64,000 bases of DNA from an uncultured Chloroflexia bacterium (GCA_963707215.1 CAVPPB010000003.1:448001-512000), one strand, 5' to 3'; numbered from the stretch's first letter, positions 47,592 through 57,928 are shown. Translations and numbers: made by a program. The notes: a model not told the origin generated them from the letters alone.

Positions 47592-49576
47592 TCGCCCTGC
47601 ACCCCGGCCACCGTCCGCCCGCCGGGGAGGACCAGGCGAGCCCGGATCGCCCACTGTCCATCGCCTTCGTGGGGCGCCCGAACGTCGGCAAATCCACGTT
47701 CGTCTCGCGGGCCGGCGGGCGCTACGTCGAGACGGTCAACGCGCCAGGCACGACCGTCACCGCCGAGCGGGTCCCGGTCCGGCTGGGCGGTCAGGCCGTG
47801 GAGCTCGTGGACCTGCCCGGAACCCGGTCGCTCGTCGACACGCCGGCCGGCAGCGATCCGTTCTGGGCCCAGCTGCTGGGGACCCAGCCCGACGCCATCG
47901 TGGTCGTCGCCGACGCCGGCGACCTGGCCCGGCACCTGCCGCTGGTGCTGGCCTGCCGGGATCTCGGCCTGCCGGTCGTGCTCGCCGCGAACCTCGCCGA
48001 CGAGGCTGCCGAGGCGGGCATCGAGCTCGACGAGACGGCGCTCTCGCAGCTGCTCGTGGCGCCGGTCCACCTGACGGTCGGGCGGACCGGGCACGGGGTC
48101 GACGCGGTCATGGCCGACGCCGTGCGCCTGGCCTCCCGGCGTCGAGCCGTCCGCGAGGGCACCGCCGAGCCACGGGGTACCGTCCCGGCCCAGCCGTACC
48201 CGCCGTCGCTCGACGCACACCTGGCGGCGACCGCCCGTGACCTGGGCCACAGCCACTCGCTGGGAGCCGCGACGGTCGATGCGACCAGCATGGAGCCCTT
48301 CGTCGCCGATCGGACGATCTCGCCACGAGGTGCGGCCTCGATCCGCCTCGCCGACCTGTTGGAGCCGGAGCGCTGGCGGATCGGCGCCGAGTGGGCCGAC
48401 CGCGTGGAGTCGCGACGCGCCGTACGGGCACCCCGGCGCGAGGCCCTGACCCGACTCGCAACGGTGCCATGGCCCGGGCTGCCGCTCTTCCTCGCCGTCG
48501 CCCTCGGCTCGTTCGCCGCCATGGTCGTCGTGGGGGGCTGGCTCTCGGCCCTCCTGGCGGAGGTCTGGGCGGCGACGATCTCGCCGCTGCTGACCACGAT
48601 CATCGGGACGCTGGTGCCCCTGCCGGCGCTCGCCTCGGCGCTCGAGTGGGCGCTCGACGGCGGGCTCCTGGCGATGGTCTCGGTCGGCATCCCCTACGTG
48701 CTCGTCTTCTACGTGATCCTGGCCGCCCTCGAGGACTCCGGCTACCTGACCAGCGCGGCCGTCCTCCTCGACCGCGTCTTCAACGTCCTGGGCCTGCCCG
48801 GCCGAGCGGCGATCCCGCTCCTGAGCGCGGCCGGATGCAACGTGCCGGCCGTCTACGGCACCCGGGTGCTCCCGACGCAGCGCGAACGGCTCCTCGGCGG
48901 CTTCCTGGTCACCCTGACTCCCTGCTCCGCCCGGTCGGCCGTGGTCATCGCCGCCCTGGCCCCGGTCGCGGGGATCGGCGCGGCCTTCGCCGCCTTCGCC
49001 GTGGTGCTGGCGCTCACGCTGGGGGCCGGCCTGGCCGCCAACGCGGTCGTGCCCGGACGCCAACCGGCCCTCGTCCTCGAGCTGGCACCCCTCCGGACGC
49101 CGGTGCCGGCCAACGTCGCCCGCAAAGCCTGGCGGCGCTTCCGCTCCTTCGTCCTCGTCGCCACGCCGATCATGGTCGTCGGCTCGTTCGTCGTCGGGCT
49201 GCTCTACGAGAGCGGCCTGTGGGCAGACCTCGCGACGCTGGTCGAGCCCGTCACGATGGGCCTGCTGGGGCTGCCGGCGATCGCCGGGATCGCCATCGCC
49301 TTCGCCTTCCTGCGCAAGGAGCTGGCGCTCCAGTTGCTGGTCGCGCTCGCCATCGTCCAGTACGGCGCCGCCATGGCCGAGCCGGGCGCCTTCCTCTCGC
49401 CGGCCCAGCTGTTCGTCTTCGCGATCGTCACGTGCGTGTCGATCCCCTGCGCGGCGACCCTGGCGGCGCTGGCCGGCGAGTTCGGACGCCGCACCGCACT
49501 CGCCATGAGCGCCGCGACCGTGGGGCTGGCCCTCGGGGCCGGCGCCATCGTGGCCCGCGTCCTCGCGATCGCCTGA
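47588..49576 (+). CDS. feoB: Ferrous iron transporter FeoB
   Basis: GRPNVGKS, NAPGTTV, DLPG and NLAD G-motifs; LEDSGY, GCNVPA, PCSAR and IPCAAT in the membrane domain. Confidence 0.95.
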   Translation: MIALHPGHRPPAGEDQASPDRPLSIAFVGRPNVGKSTFVSRAGGRYVETVNAPGTTVTAERVPVRLGGQAVELVDLPGTRSLVDTPAGSDPFWAQLLGTQPDAIVVVADAGDLARHLPLVLACRDLGLPVVLAANLADEAAEAGIELDETALSQLLVAPVHLTVGRTGHGVDAVMADAVRLASRRRAVREGTAEPRGTVPAQPYPPSLDAHLAATARDLGHSHSLGAATVDATSMEPFVADRTISPRGAASIRLADLLEPERWRIGAEWADRVESRRAVRAPRREALTRLATVPWPGLPLFLAVALGSFAAMVVVGGWLSALLAEVWAATISPLLTTIIGTLVPLPALASALEWALDGGLLAMVSVGIPYVLVFYVILAALEDSGYLTSAAVLLDRVFNVLGLPGRAAIPLLSAAGCNVPAVYGTRVLPTQRERLLGGFLVTLTPCSARSAVVIAALAPVAGIGAAFAAFAVVLALTLGAGLAANAVVPGRQPALVLELAPLRTPVPANVARKAWRRFRSFVLVATPIMVVGSFVVGLLYESGLWADLATLVEPVTMGLLGLPAIAGIAIAFAFLRKELALQLLVALAIVQYGAAMAEPGAFLSPAQLFVFAIVTCVSIPCAATLAALAGEFGRRTALAMSAATVGLALGAGAIVARVLAIA

Positions 49577-49652
49577 CCCCGGCGACCGACCGCGCCACGG
49601 GTCACCCCCGCACCACCGGACGCCCCCGTCCACGAGCCACCGCTACGGCCGC

Positions 49653-50651
49653 TCAGGCCTCCGGATCGAGAGCCGCCCGGGACCAGAGCTCGGCCGCGAT
49701 GAGCTCCACGACGGTGACCTCGACGAGGGTCCGGACCAGCGGGTCGTCGGCGCCGGGCAGGGGGATGACCAGGGCCGCCCCGTCGACCGGCGGCCCGACG
49801 ACCAGGACCTCGCCCGAACGCGAGCGCACCGTCTCGACCAACGACCGGTCGTAGGCCGTGCCCGAGAGCAGGACCATCCGGGCGCCCGGCAGAGCCGTGT
49901 AGACGCCGACGTGCGCCCAGTCGCCGGCATCCCAGGCCGTCGCCGCAAGGCGAGGGCCCTCGCGGAGCATCAGGGCCGCCTGCTCGGCGGCTCCTGGCCG
50001 CGAGGCATCGCCAACGACGTGGATCGTCTCGGCTCCATCGAGGAGATCGGCGGCCGGACCGAGCCAGCCCGCCGAGCCCGCCGTGAGCCGCTCGAGGGCG
50101 TCGACGGCCGGGCGGAGGGAGGCCACGGTCGGATCGCTGCCGGCCACCCGACCTGCCGCCAGGAGCAGCGTCGCAAGCGTCGCCAGATGGGTCCGGCAGG
50201 CGACCCCCCCTGCTTCGGGCCCGGCCAGCAGCGGCAGGACGGCATCGGCGGCATCGGCCAGCCGGGAGGTCGGCTGCTCGGTGACCGCGATGACCGGCGA
50301 GGTACCACGGTGCCGCTCGGCCGCGGCCACGGTCTCAGCGGTCCCGCCCGAGGCCGAGATGGCGACGACGATCCGGCGCGGATCCGGCGGAGCGGGCGTC
50401 GGCGTCGACGCCCACTCGACCAGGACCTCGCCGCCGCCAGCCACGATCCGGGCGGCGACCGTCAGGGCGGCGAACCGCGACGAGCCCATCCCGACGAACA
50501 ACAGTGGCGGTCGGTCGCGCCCCGCCAGGACCGACTCGAGCATCGTCGACGGCTCACCGTGCCCCTCCCAGGCATCGAGCAGGCGGGCCAGCGCGGACGG
50601 CTCGTCGAGAACGTCGCGGCGCAGGGCCGCGGCCCGGTCGATGGCCCTCAC
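49653..50651 (-). CDS. Double-SIS-domain sugar-phosphate isomerase/deaminase family protein
   Basis: FVGMGSS, AISASGGTAET and AEQAALMLREG. Confidence 0.85.
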   Translation of the reverse strand: MRAIDRAAALRRDVLDEPSALARLLDAWEGHGEPSTMLESVLAGRDRPPLLFVGMGSSRFAALTVAARIVAGGGEVLVEWASTPTPAPPDPRRIVVAISASGGTAETVAAAERHRGTSPVIAVTEQPTSRLADAADAVLPLLAGPEAGGVACRTHLATLATLLLAAGRVAGSDPTVASLRPAVDALERLTAGSAGWLGPAADLLDGAETIHVVGDASRPGAAEQAALMLREGPRLAATAWDAGDWAHVGVYTALPGARMVLLSGTAYDRSLVETVRSRSGEVLVVGPPVDGAALVIPLPGADDPLVRTLVEVTVVELIAAELWSRAALDPEA

Positions 50652-50667
50652 GCCCGGTTCCGGGAGG

Positions 50668-52161
50668 TCACCCAGCGCCGTCCATGGTCACGAGGAGGCT
50701 CCGGAGACCCTCGGTAGGCGCCCAGATCCACGACGGCAGGTAGGCAGCAGCGTAGGTGAACTCGTAGCACTCCTTCTCCAGCTCGAATGCCTCCAGCAGG
50801 TCGAGGTCGAGGTCGACCGGCGCTCCGCCTTCGGCCAGGCCTGCCGCGTACGCCTCCAGGAAGCGTTCGCGCGAGCGTCGCAGCCAGGCATCGGGGTCGA
50901 GCGCGCCCGACGGGCGATCTCGACCTTCCACGGGCGAGCCAGCGCCCGAAGGCGCGTCGGGCCGTTCCGCGACCTCCCGGCGCATCGCGCTCCGTCCGAC
51001 GTGGTCGAGCGAGCGGAGCATCGAAGCCACGTCCCGAAGCGGCGACCCGAGCTGCCGACGATCCTCGACCGGGCGCGTGGGCTCGCCCTCGAAGTCGATG
51101 ATCGACCAGCCATCGGGCAGGCGGAGCAGCTGGCCCAGGTGGAGGTCCCCGTGGATCCGGGTCAGCAGCGGGGGCGTCGCGAGGGCCTCGTAGACGGTGA
51201 AGCGCTCGAGGATCCGGGGGGCCGCGTCGCGGAGCTCGGCGCGGAGGGATCCGTCGACGGCGTCGATAGCCATGCGCAGCTCCCGGCTGGCTGCTGCGCG
51301 CCACTCCCGTAGCTCGTCCCGGGTCGCCGGCCGCGGCTCGAAACCCTCGATGCGGGCGGCGGCCAGGGTCGCGTGGAGCCCGGCAGTGAGCCGGCCGAGT
51401 TGGGCGGCTTCCTCGGTCGCGTACTCGAGCGCGACAGCGCCCGGCGCCGCGTACCAGGCGGCCAGGCGATCCGCGGTCGTCTCGTAGGCGTCCTCCCCGT
51501 CGCCCAGGAACTCGCTCAACGTGGCGACGGTCGTCAGGCCGGCCCGCGAGACCATCTCGACGAAGCCCGCCAGGCGCGGGACCGCCTCGAAGCCCGCCTC
51601 CTCGGAGAGATAGGCGGGCAGCTCCAGGTCTGGGTTCAGGCCGGGCTGCGCTCGACGGTACAGCTTGAGGAGCAGGCGCTCGCCGAGGACCACCGACGTG
51701 TTCGACTGGTCGCGACCCAGGGGCGCCTCCGCCAACACGGCCACCGCAGCCGGCCCGCCCGGCACGAGCGCGTCCAGGGCCGGTGCCGGACGGCAGACCA
51801 GCGCCGCGTCCGGCCCCCTCGCGCCACCGACGCCACTCGCGGCGGGCCTCGGCAGGCTGGGGATGGTCCGCCCCTCCGCGGTCGCGCGTGCCAGGCCGGC
51901 CCACGCGCCGTCACCTTCGCCAGCCTCGCGATAGGCGTCCCCGTCACGGGCCAGGACCAGGAGGTAGCGGTCGCGTCCGGCCCCCATGTCGACGCCAACG
52001 ACCACGAGGGCGCCTCCGTCGCCGAGGTCGAACGCCTCGTCGAGCTCGAGCGGGCCCGCCGGCTGACCCGCCGACCCGAACCAGCGCCGCCCGGCCAGCT
52101 CGGTCGGGTCGATCCCGGCCACCGCGGCCTCGATGGCCAGCCGGATCGCCTCCGACGTCAT
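50668..52161 (-). CDS. Maltokinase/glucosamine-kinase-like phosphotransferase
   Basis: RWF N-terminus, DQSNTSV, KLYR, RIHGDLHLGQ, IDFEGEP, RDVASMLRS and EKECYE. Confidence 0.85.
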   Translation of the reverse strand: MTSEAIRLAIEAAVAGIDPTELAGRRWFGSAGQPAGPLELDEAFDLGDGGALVVVGVDMGAGRDRYLLVLARDGDAYREAGEGDGAWAGLARATAEGRTIPSLPRPAASGVGGARGPDAALVCRPAPALDALVPGGPAAVAVLAEAPLGRDQSNTSVVLGERLLLKLYRRAQPGLNPDLELPAYLSEEAGFEAVPRLAGFVEMVSRAGLTTVATLSEFLGDGEDAYETTADRLAAWYAAPGAVALEYATEEAAQLGRLTAGLHATLAAARIEGFEPRPATRDELREWRAAASRELRMAIDAVDGSLRAELRDAAPRILERFTVYEALATPPLLTRIHGDLHLGQLLRLPDGWSIIDFEGEPTRPVEDRRQLGSPLRDVASMLRSLDHVGRSAMRREVAERPDAPSGAGSPVEGRDRPSGALDPDAWLRRSRERFLEAYAAGLAEGGAPVDLDLDLLEAFELEKECYEFTYAAAYLPSWIWAPTEGLRSLLVTMDGAG

Positions 52162-52255
52162 GCCCCGACCTCGGCCGCCGGGCAGACGTGACCCGGCCGC
52201 CAGCCACGAGGGCCGGCGGCCGGGATGGGCAGCGGTCTGACGATCAAGCCGAGGA

Positions 52256-53701
52256 TCAGGCCTCGGTGTTGATCATGACGTTCTTGACGAACGTGTAGTC
52301 CTCCAGAGCGTACATCGAGCCGTCCTTGCCCCAGCCCGACTCCTTGACGCCGCCGTGCGGGGTCTCGGAGGTCAGGGTGAAGTGCTCGTTGATCCAGACC
52401 GTGCCGAACTCGAGCGCCTTGGCGACCCGCATGGCCCGGCCGATGCTGCCGGTGAAGAGCGAGGAGGCCAGGCCGAACTTCACGTCGTTGGCCCACGCGA
52501 CGGCCTGCTCCTCGTCGGAGAAGCGCTGGACCGTGACGACCGGTCCGAAGACCTCGTCCTGGATGATCTCGGAGCCCTGGTCGGGACCGGCGATGAGCGT
52601 CGGCTCGTAGTACGCACCGACCCTGGCCGGTCGCTTGCCGCCCACGACGAGCTCGACGCCGGGGGCCTCGACGGCACGCCCGACCATGCCCTCGACCTTG
52701 TCGGCCTGGGCCCCGGCGATGAGCGAGCCCATGTCGAGCTCCTCGCTCTCGGCCGGGTCGCCCCACTTGATCGAGCGGACCTGATCGGCGAGCTTGTCGA
52801 CGAACGCGTCGTAGACCTTTGGGCCGGCGATGACGCGGCAGGCGGCCGTGCAGTCCTGGCCCGAGTTCCAGAACCCGGCCGACTTGATGGTCTCGGCCGC
52901 GAGGTCGAGGTCCGCGTCGTCGAAGATGATGACCGGCGCCTTGCCGCCGAGCTCCAGGTGGAGCCGCTTCACGGTGTCCGAGGCGAGGCGGGCCACGTGC
53001 TTGCCGGTCACGGTGTCGCCGGTGATCGAGATCATCCGGACCTTCGGGTGGGTGATCAGGAAGTCGCCCATCTCCGCGCCGGCGCCGGACAGGACGTTGA
53101 GGACGCCCGGCGGCAGGAACTCGGCCGCGATCTCGGCGAAGGCCAGGGCCGTCAGCGGGGTCCGGGCCGACGGCTTGAGGACCACCGTGTTCCCCGTCGC
53201 GAGGGCCGGCCCGAGCTTCCAGGCCGCCATGTACATCGGGTAGTTCCACGGGGCGATCGAGGCGACCACGCCGATCGGGTCGCGCCGGAACAGCGAGGTG
53301 TGGCCGGCCAGGTACTCCGTGACGGCCTTACCCTCCATCTGGCGGCAGGCCCCGGCGAAGAAGCGGAACAGGTCGACGCAGACCGCCATCTCGTCGATCG
53401 CGTAGGCGGTCACCTTGCCGGCGTTGCGGCTCTCGAGCTGGCCGAGCTCCTCGCCCTTCGCCTCGAGGGCGTCGGCGATCTTCAGGAGGGTCAGGCTGCG
53501 GTCCTGCGGAGTCGACTTGCCCCAGGTCTCGAAGGCCTTCGCAGCAGCCTCGACCGCCCGGTCGACATCCTCGGCGCCACTCTTGGGCACCCGGGCGATG
53601 ACCTGGTCCTGGGCCGGATTGACGACGTCGAGCGTCTCCCCGCTCGCGCTGGCGACGAACTCGCCGCCGATGAACTGCTTGTACTCGATGACGTCCGTCA
53701 C
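52256..53701 (-). CDS. Aminoaldehyde dehydrogenase (gamma-aminobutyraldehyde dehydrogenase family)
   Basis: PWNYP, LELGGKAP, NSGQDCTAACR, EVFGPV and PHGGVKESGWGKDGSMYALEDY. Confidence 0.88.
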   Translation of the reverse strand: MTDVIEYKQFIGGEFVASASGETLDVVNPAQDQVIARVPKSGAEDVDRAVEAAAKAFETWGKSTPQDRSLTLLKIADALEAKGEELGQLESRNAGKVTAYAIDEMAVCVDLFRFFAGACRQMEGKAVTEYLAGHTSLFRRDPIGVVASIAPWNYPMYMAAWKLGPALATGNTVVLKPSARTPLTALAFAEIAAEFLPPGVLNVLSGAGAEMGDFLITHPKVRMISITGDTVTGKHVARLASDTVKRLHLELGGKAPVIIFDDADLDLAAETIKSAGFWNSGQDCTAACRVIAGPKVYDAFVDKLADQVRSIKWGDPAESEELDMGSLIAGAQADKVEGMVGRAVEAPGVELVVGGKRPARVGAYYEPTLIAGPDQGSEIIQDEVFGPVVTVQRFSDEEQAVAWANDVKFGLASSLFTGSIGRAMRVAKALEFGTVWINEHFTLTSETPHGGVKESGWGKDGSMYALEDYTFVKNVMINTEA

Positions 53702-53792
53702 TGCGGATGTCCTCCTCTGGTCTCGTCCGAGGGACTGGTGGCGGGCATTGTGCGCCCCCCGGCCGGTGCGGGGGAAGCCCGACGCGACCGAC

Positions 53793-53854
53793 GCGACGCG
53801 CGGGTCGAGCTCCGCTCTAGGCGACGCGCGGGTCGAGCTTCGCTCTAGGCGACG
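53793..53854. repeat. 28-bp tandem duplication spanning the glycosyltransferase stop codon
   Basis: GCGACGCGCGGGTCGAGCT(C/T)CGCTCTAG twice, followed by GCGACG. Confidence 0.9.
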
Positions 53855-55158
53855 ATCGGCTCGCCGGTCAGCGCCAGCCGCTCGATCAGGCCGGCTGCCT
53901 TGACCGTCCCCGGATCGGCCTGGAGGCGCGCCGAGATCGCCCGCAGTCGGGCCGCCATGGCCGCGTCGCCGACCAACCGGTCGATGGCCCCGGTGAGCTG
54001 ATCGTCCTCGAAGGCGTACGTCGGCAGCCGGACCCCGAAGCCGAGCTCGTCGACCCGCTGGGCGTTGTCGTACTGGTCCCAGAACAGCGGCAGCACGATC
54101 ATCGGCTTGCCGAAGTGGAGGGCCTCGGTCGTCGTGTTGTTGCCGCCGTGGGTGATGACCAGGTCGACCAGCGGCAGGATCGTCGGCTGAGGCAGGAACT
54201 CGGCCCCCACCATGTTGTCAGCCAGCTCGAAGAGGTCGTGCTGGGGGCCCTTGCTGACGATGTAGCGGTGCGAGGTCCGGCCCAGCACGTCGACGAGCCG
54301 CTTCATCAGGTCCACGTCGGCGGAGCCGAGCGATCCCAGCGACAGGTAGATGAGCGCGCCCGGACCGTCGCGGTGGTGCTCCGGGATGTCCCAGTGGGCC
54401 TCGGTACCGCGCACGGCCGAGTCCAGGCGATGCCACGTGGGAGCCAGCGGCTCGCGGCGGGCGTAGTCGGCCTCCGCCGGGTAGAGGTACAGGTTCAGGT
54501 AGTCCGAGGCGTTGATGAACTCGGGCCCGAGCGGGCCGGTGGGCAGCCCCGGCGTGCCGGCCTCGCGAGCGAAGGCGTCGAAGTCCGCCCACATCTCGCC
54601 GTGGCTGCGAGCGTACTCGGCCCGGAAGTCGTCCCAGCCGGCCCGGTCGCCGGCCGCGTAGCCAGAGAAGACGGGCGGCACGTCGGCGTCCAGGATCTCG
54701 GCCGGGTTGCAGCTGACGATCCTGGCCCAGGGCACCCCGGCCGTCATCGTGGCCGGGAAGCAGACGACGTTGTCCTCGACGATGACGTCGGGCCGGACCT
54801 CGTCGAAGATCTCCTTGAGCCGCGGCTCCACGTACTTCGCGCCGTCGATCAGCGCCTGCCAGGTGGGCTGGATGAACGTGGTGAGCTGCTCGATGGTCGG
54901 CTTGCGGAACTCCGGCGCCGTGTCCCGGATGAAGTCCTTCCAGAACTGACCGGGGACCTCGGGCTCCTCGGGGGGCGGTCCCAGGCGCATGAGACGCTCC
55001 TCGAAGCCGTAGGCCTCGAGCCGCCCAGCGAACGATTCCTCGACGATGAAGACGACCCGGTGGCCCCGCTGGCGGAGCACGTCGCCGATGCCGACGCAGT
55101 TGTTCGTCGGGCCGTAGGCACCCTCGGGGAAGAACACGATCGTCCGGCGCTCGGTCAC
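53845..55158 (-). CDS. GT1 family (MGT/UGT-like) glycosyltransferase
   Basis: IYLSLGSLG, then the FLPQ...VITHGGNNT..EAL..GKP...PLFWDQ signature. Confidence 0.92.
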   Translation of the reverse strand: MTERRTIVFFPEGAYGPTNNCVGIGDVLRQRGHRVVFIVEESFAGRLEAYGFEERLMRLGPPPEEPEVPGQFWKDFIRDTAPEFRKPTIEQLTTFIQPTWQALIDGAKYVEPRLKEIFDEVRPDVIVEDNVVCFPATMTAGVPWARIVSCNPAEILDADVPPVFSGYAAGDRAGWDDFRAEYARSHGEMWADFDAFAREAGTPGLPTGPLGPEFINASDYLNLYLYPAEADYARREPLAPTWHRLDSAVRGTEAHWDIPEHHRDGPGALIYLSLGSLGSADVDLMKRLVDVLGRTSHRYIVSKGPQHDLFELADNMVGAEFLPQPTILPLVDLVITHGGNNTTTEALHFGKPMIVLPLFWDQYDNAQRVDELGFGVRLPTYAFEDDQLTGAIDRLVGDAAMAARLRAISARLQADPGTVKAAGLIERLALTGEPIVA

Positions 55159-55299
55159 GGGACCCCTCCGTCTCGTCCGGCCGCATCCGGCTGCGGCGTC
55201 CTGCAACGGTCAGGGTAGCGCGGCGTCAGACTGGAGGACGGCTGGAGGCCACCGGGAGATGACCCGGTCGCCAGGGCCGTCGCTCGAAAGGAGGCCGAC

Positions 55300-55953
55300 G
55301 TGGGATCGGCCCCGGCCGGGCCTGGCCAGGCCCCTGATCCGAGCGGGGTCAGCGGGCTCGCTCTCGGCCGCGTGGACTCGCGTGTGGGCGCCTGGCTCAT
55401 CGACAGCGAGATCGTGGGCCTCGTCACCATGGTCCCGTGGGTGGCATTGGCCGGCCTCCTGGACCCCGCCGCCACGACGGTGTACCTGGGCCTGACCTTC
55501 ACGGCTGCGAGCTTCGTCTACTTCGTCCTGTTCTGGACGTCCGACCGGCGCGCGACCCCCGGTATGCGCTTCTTCCGCCTCCGGATCGGCCACGCCTTCG
55601 ACGGGGCCGTCCTCGCGCCGTCGCTGGCGGCCCGGCGCTGGCTGGCGCTCGGCGGACCGATCCCGCTCCTCTACGGCCTCCCGGGCCTCGCCTGGGCGGC
55701 CTGGGTCGCTGTCCTCGCGTGGGGGACGGTGCTGCTGGTCGCCACGGCGCGGAGCCCCGCCCGCCAGGGACCCCACGATCGGATCGCTGGCTCGGTCATC
55801 GTCGGTCCCGCGGGCTGGACCCGCAGCCCCTTCGCCTGTCTCGTCGTCCTCCTGCTGATGGTCGCCCTCCCTGTCCTCGTCCTGCTGGCCGCGGCCCTGC
55901 TCTTCGCGTCTCTCCAGGGGCTCGTCCCAGGGATCGGCGAGGCGGTCGGGTAG
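55300..55953 (+). CDS. RDD family membrane protein
   Basis: RVGAWLID, ATPGM...LR and RQGPHDRIAGS; SD AGGAGG. Confidence 0.85.
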   Translation: MGSAPAGPGQAPDPSGVSGLALGRVDSRVGAWLIDSEIVGLVTMVPWVALAGLLDPAATTVYLGLTFTAASFVYFVLFWTSDRRATPGMRFFRLRIGHAFDGAVLAPSLAARRWLALGGPIPLLYGLPGLAWAAWVAVLAWGTVLLVATARSPARQGPHDRIAGSVIVGPAGWTRSPFACLVVLLLMVALPVLVLLAAALLFASLQGLVPGIGEAVG

Positions 55954-56006
55954 GGCCTGGCCCCCCTTGCCACACCCACACCTCGTGGACTCGACCTCGC
56001 GGGCCC

Positions 56007-56852
56007 TTAGCGACCGGCGCGTCGGGCCGCCCTGTGCCACGGGATGACCAGCCGCTCAGCCAAGCCGACGGCCGCGAACAGCCCCACCGAGACGACCGCC
56101 GTCAGCAGGATGGCGGCGAACACCAGGTCCGTGCGGAAGGCGTTCTGACTCACCTGCATCCAGATGCCCAGTCCCTCGATCGCTCCCACGTACTCGCCGA
56201 AGACGGCCCCGATGACCGCGTACGGCACGGCGATCCGGAGCCCGGTGAAGAGCCCCGGCAGGGCGGCCGGCCAGCGGAGCAGGCGGAGCTCCTGACGGCG
56301 GCTCGCTCCCAGGGTGCGCATGAGGTCGCTGGCGTCGGCCGGGGTCGCGGCGAAGGCGTCCAGCAGCGAGACGACGATCGGGAAGAACGAGACCAGGACG
56401 ATCACCACGACCTTGGGGGCCAGCCCGAAGCCGAACCAGACGACCAGGAGTGGAGCGATCGCCACGATCGGGATCGTCTGCGATCCGACGAGGAGCGGAT
56501 AGACCGCCCGCCTGACGGCTGCCACCCGATCCATGGCCAGGGCGGCCGCCACGGCGAGGACCAGGGCGACCGCGAAGCCGACGAGCGCCTCGGTCAGGGT
56601 GACCGCGGCGTGGCGCAGCGCCGTGTCCCGGAAGTCCCAGAGCGCCCCCAGGATCCGCGACGGCGCCGGAAGCACGATCGGGCTGACCCCGCTGACGGCG
56701 ACCCCGATCTCCCATGCCACGAGCAGCACCCCGACGAGCGCGACCGCGGGCAGCAGCCGCACCCAGCCCGTGCCGGCTCCGGACCCACCGGGGTCCTCGG
56801 CGCCAGGGTCCGGCTGGTCGTCGGGTGGCCCGGGGGGCGTCGGTGGCGTCAC
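56007..56852 (-). CDS. ABC transporter permease, NitT/TauT family (ThiX-like)
   Basis: LPAPS, QTIPIVAIAPLLVVWFGFG and GAVFGEYVG...GLG. Confidence 0.9.
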   Translation of the reverse strand: MTPPTPPGPPDDQPDPGAEDPGGSGAGTGWVRLLPAVALVGVLLVAWEIGVAVSGVSPIVLPAPSRILGALWDFRDTALRHAAVTLTEALVGFAVALVLAVAAALAMDRVAAVRRAVYPLLVGSQTIPIVAIAPLLVVWFGFGLAPKVVVIVLVSFFPIVVSLLDAFAATPADASDLMRTLGASRRQELRLLRWPAALPGLFTGLRIAVPYAVIGAVFGEYVGAIEGLGIWMQVSQNAFRTDLVFAAILLTAVVSVGLFAAVGLAERLVIPWHRAARRAGR

Positions 56853-57928
56853 GGCCGCTCCGGCAGGAATGCGTCGGTGAACAGGGCGTCGGGATCGGGC
56901 GCCTCGGCCAGCGGCCGGCCATCCGGCCCGGTCAGAAGGTCCTCCTCGAACAGGAAGGTCGTGTACGCCGCCCACATCTCGGCGGTCTGGGTGCCGACCC
57001 GTCCATCGGCGTCGGCAAGATAGCCGCCCTCCACGAGGAAGACCTGGCTGGCGAGCGGAAGGCCGGGGTCGGCCTCGAACACGCCCTGGTTCTCGGCGAT
57101 GAGGTCCGCGACCGAAGCCTCCGGGTCCTCGATGGCCGCCTCGTAGCCACGCTCGGTCGCCTCGACGAAGCGGCTGGCCACGTCCGGCTCCTCGTCGAGC
57201 CAGCGGGCGTCGCAGGCGATGACGACCTGGTAGAACTCGGGGACGCCGTGGTCGCTGAAGCGGAAGGTCCGCAGCTCGATCCCCCGTCGCTCGGCCTCGA
57301 CGCCCTCCCAGGCGCTGAAGCTGATCGAGAAGTCCGCACGGCCGGCGTACAGCGCCTCGTAGGCCGCGCTGTCGAGGGTCACGGTCGTGAACTCCCCCAC
57401 CCCGCCGTCGGCCCGGATCATCGCCCGAAGGGTCGGCTCCTCGTTGGGGTAGCCGAAGCCCGCGTAGACCCGACCGTCGAGGTCGCGGGGCCGCTCGATG
57501 TCGCCCGATGCGAGCACGGCGACCTCCGAAGCGGTCCGCTGGAGCACGGCCATGACCGAGACCACTGGCGCACCGGCTGCGGCCGCGAACGTCAGCGCGT
57601 CCTGGAAGCTGATGCCGCACTCCGCCTGACCTGCGGTCATCAACGCCTCGGGCGTGGTCCCCGTGTAGGGAAGGATCTCGAGGTCGATGCGTGCCACGTC
57701 GTACCAACCCCGGGCCAGGGCGACGTACAGGCCGGTGTGGTTGGTGTTGGGGGTCCAGTCGAGGGCGAAGCGCACGGTCGCCGGCGCCTCGGGGGGTGCC
57801 GAGGACGCGGGCGTGGCGCTCGGGGTCGCGCCCGTGCCGCAGCCGGCGACGAGGGCGACGATCAGGGCGGCCGACATCGCCCCCGGGCGACCGGAGCGGG
57901 TCGGGCTGGCGACGGGTGGATGCAGCAT
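56849..57928 (-). CDS. ABC substrate-binding lipoprotein, NMT1/THI5 family (ThiY-like)
   Basis: Lipobox VAGC, LDWTPNTNHTGLYVA and GISFQ; lies downstream of a TPP riboswitch. Confidence 0.9.
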   Translation of the reverse strand: MLHPPVASPTRSGRPGAMSAALIVALVAGCGTGATPSATPASSAPPEAPATVRFALDWTPNTNHTGLYVALARGWYDVARIDLEILPYTGTTPEALMTAGQAECGISFQDALTFAAAAGAPVVSVMAVLQRTASEVAVLASGDIERPRDLDGRVYAGFGYPNEEPTLRAMIRADGGVGEFTTVTLDSAAYEALYAGRADFSISFSAWEGVEAERRGIELRTFRFSDHGVPEFYQVVIACDARWLDEEPDVASRFVEATERGYEAAIEDPEASVADLIAENQGVFEADPGLPLASQVFLVEGGYLADADGRVGTQTAEMWAAYTTFLFEEDLLTGPDGRPLAEAPDPDALFTDAFLPERP

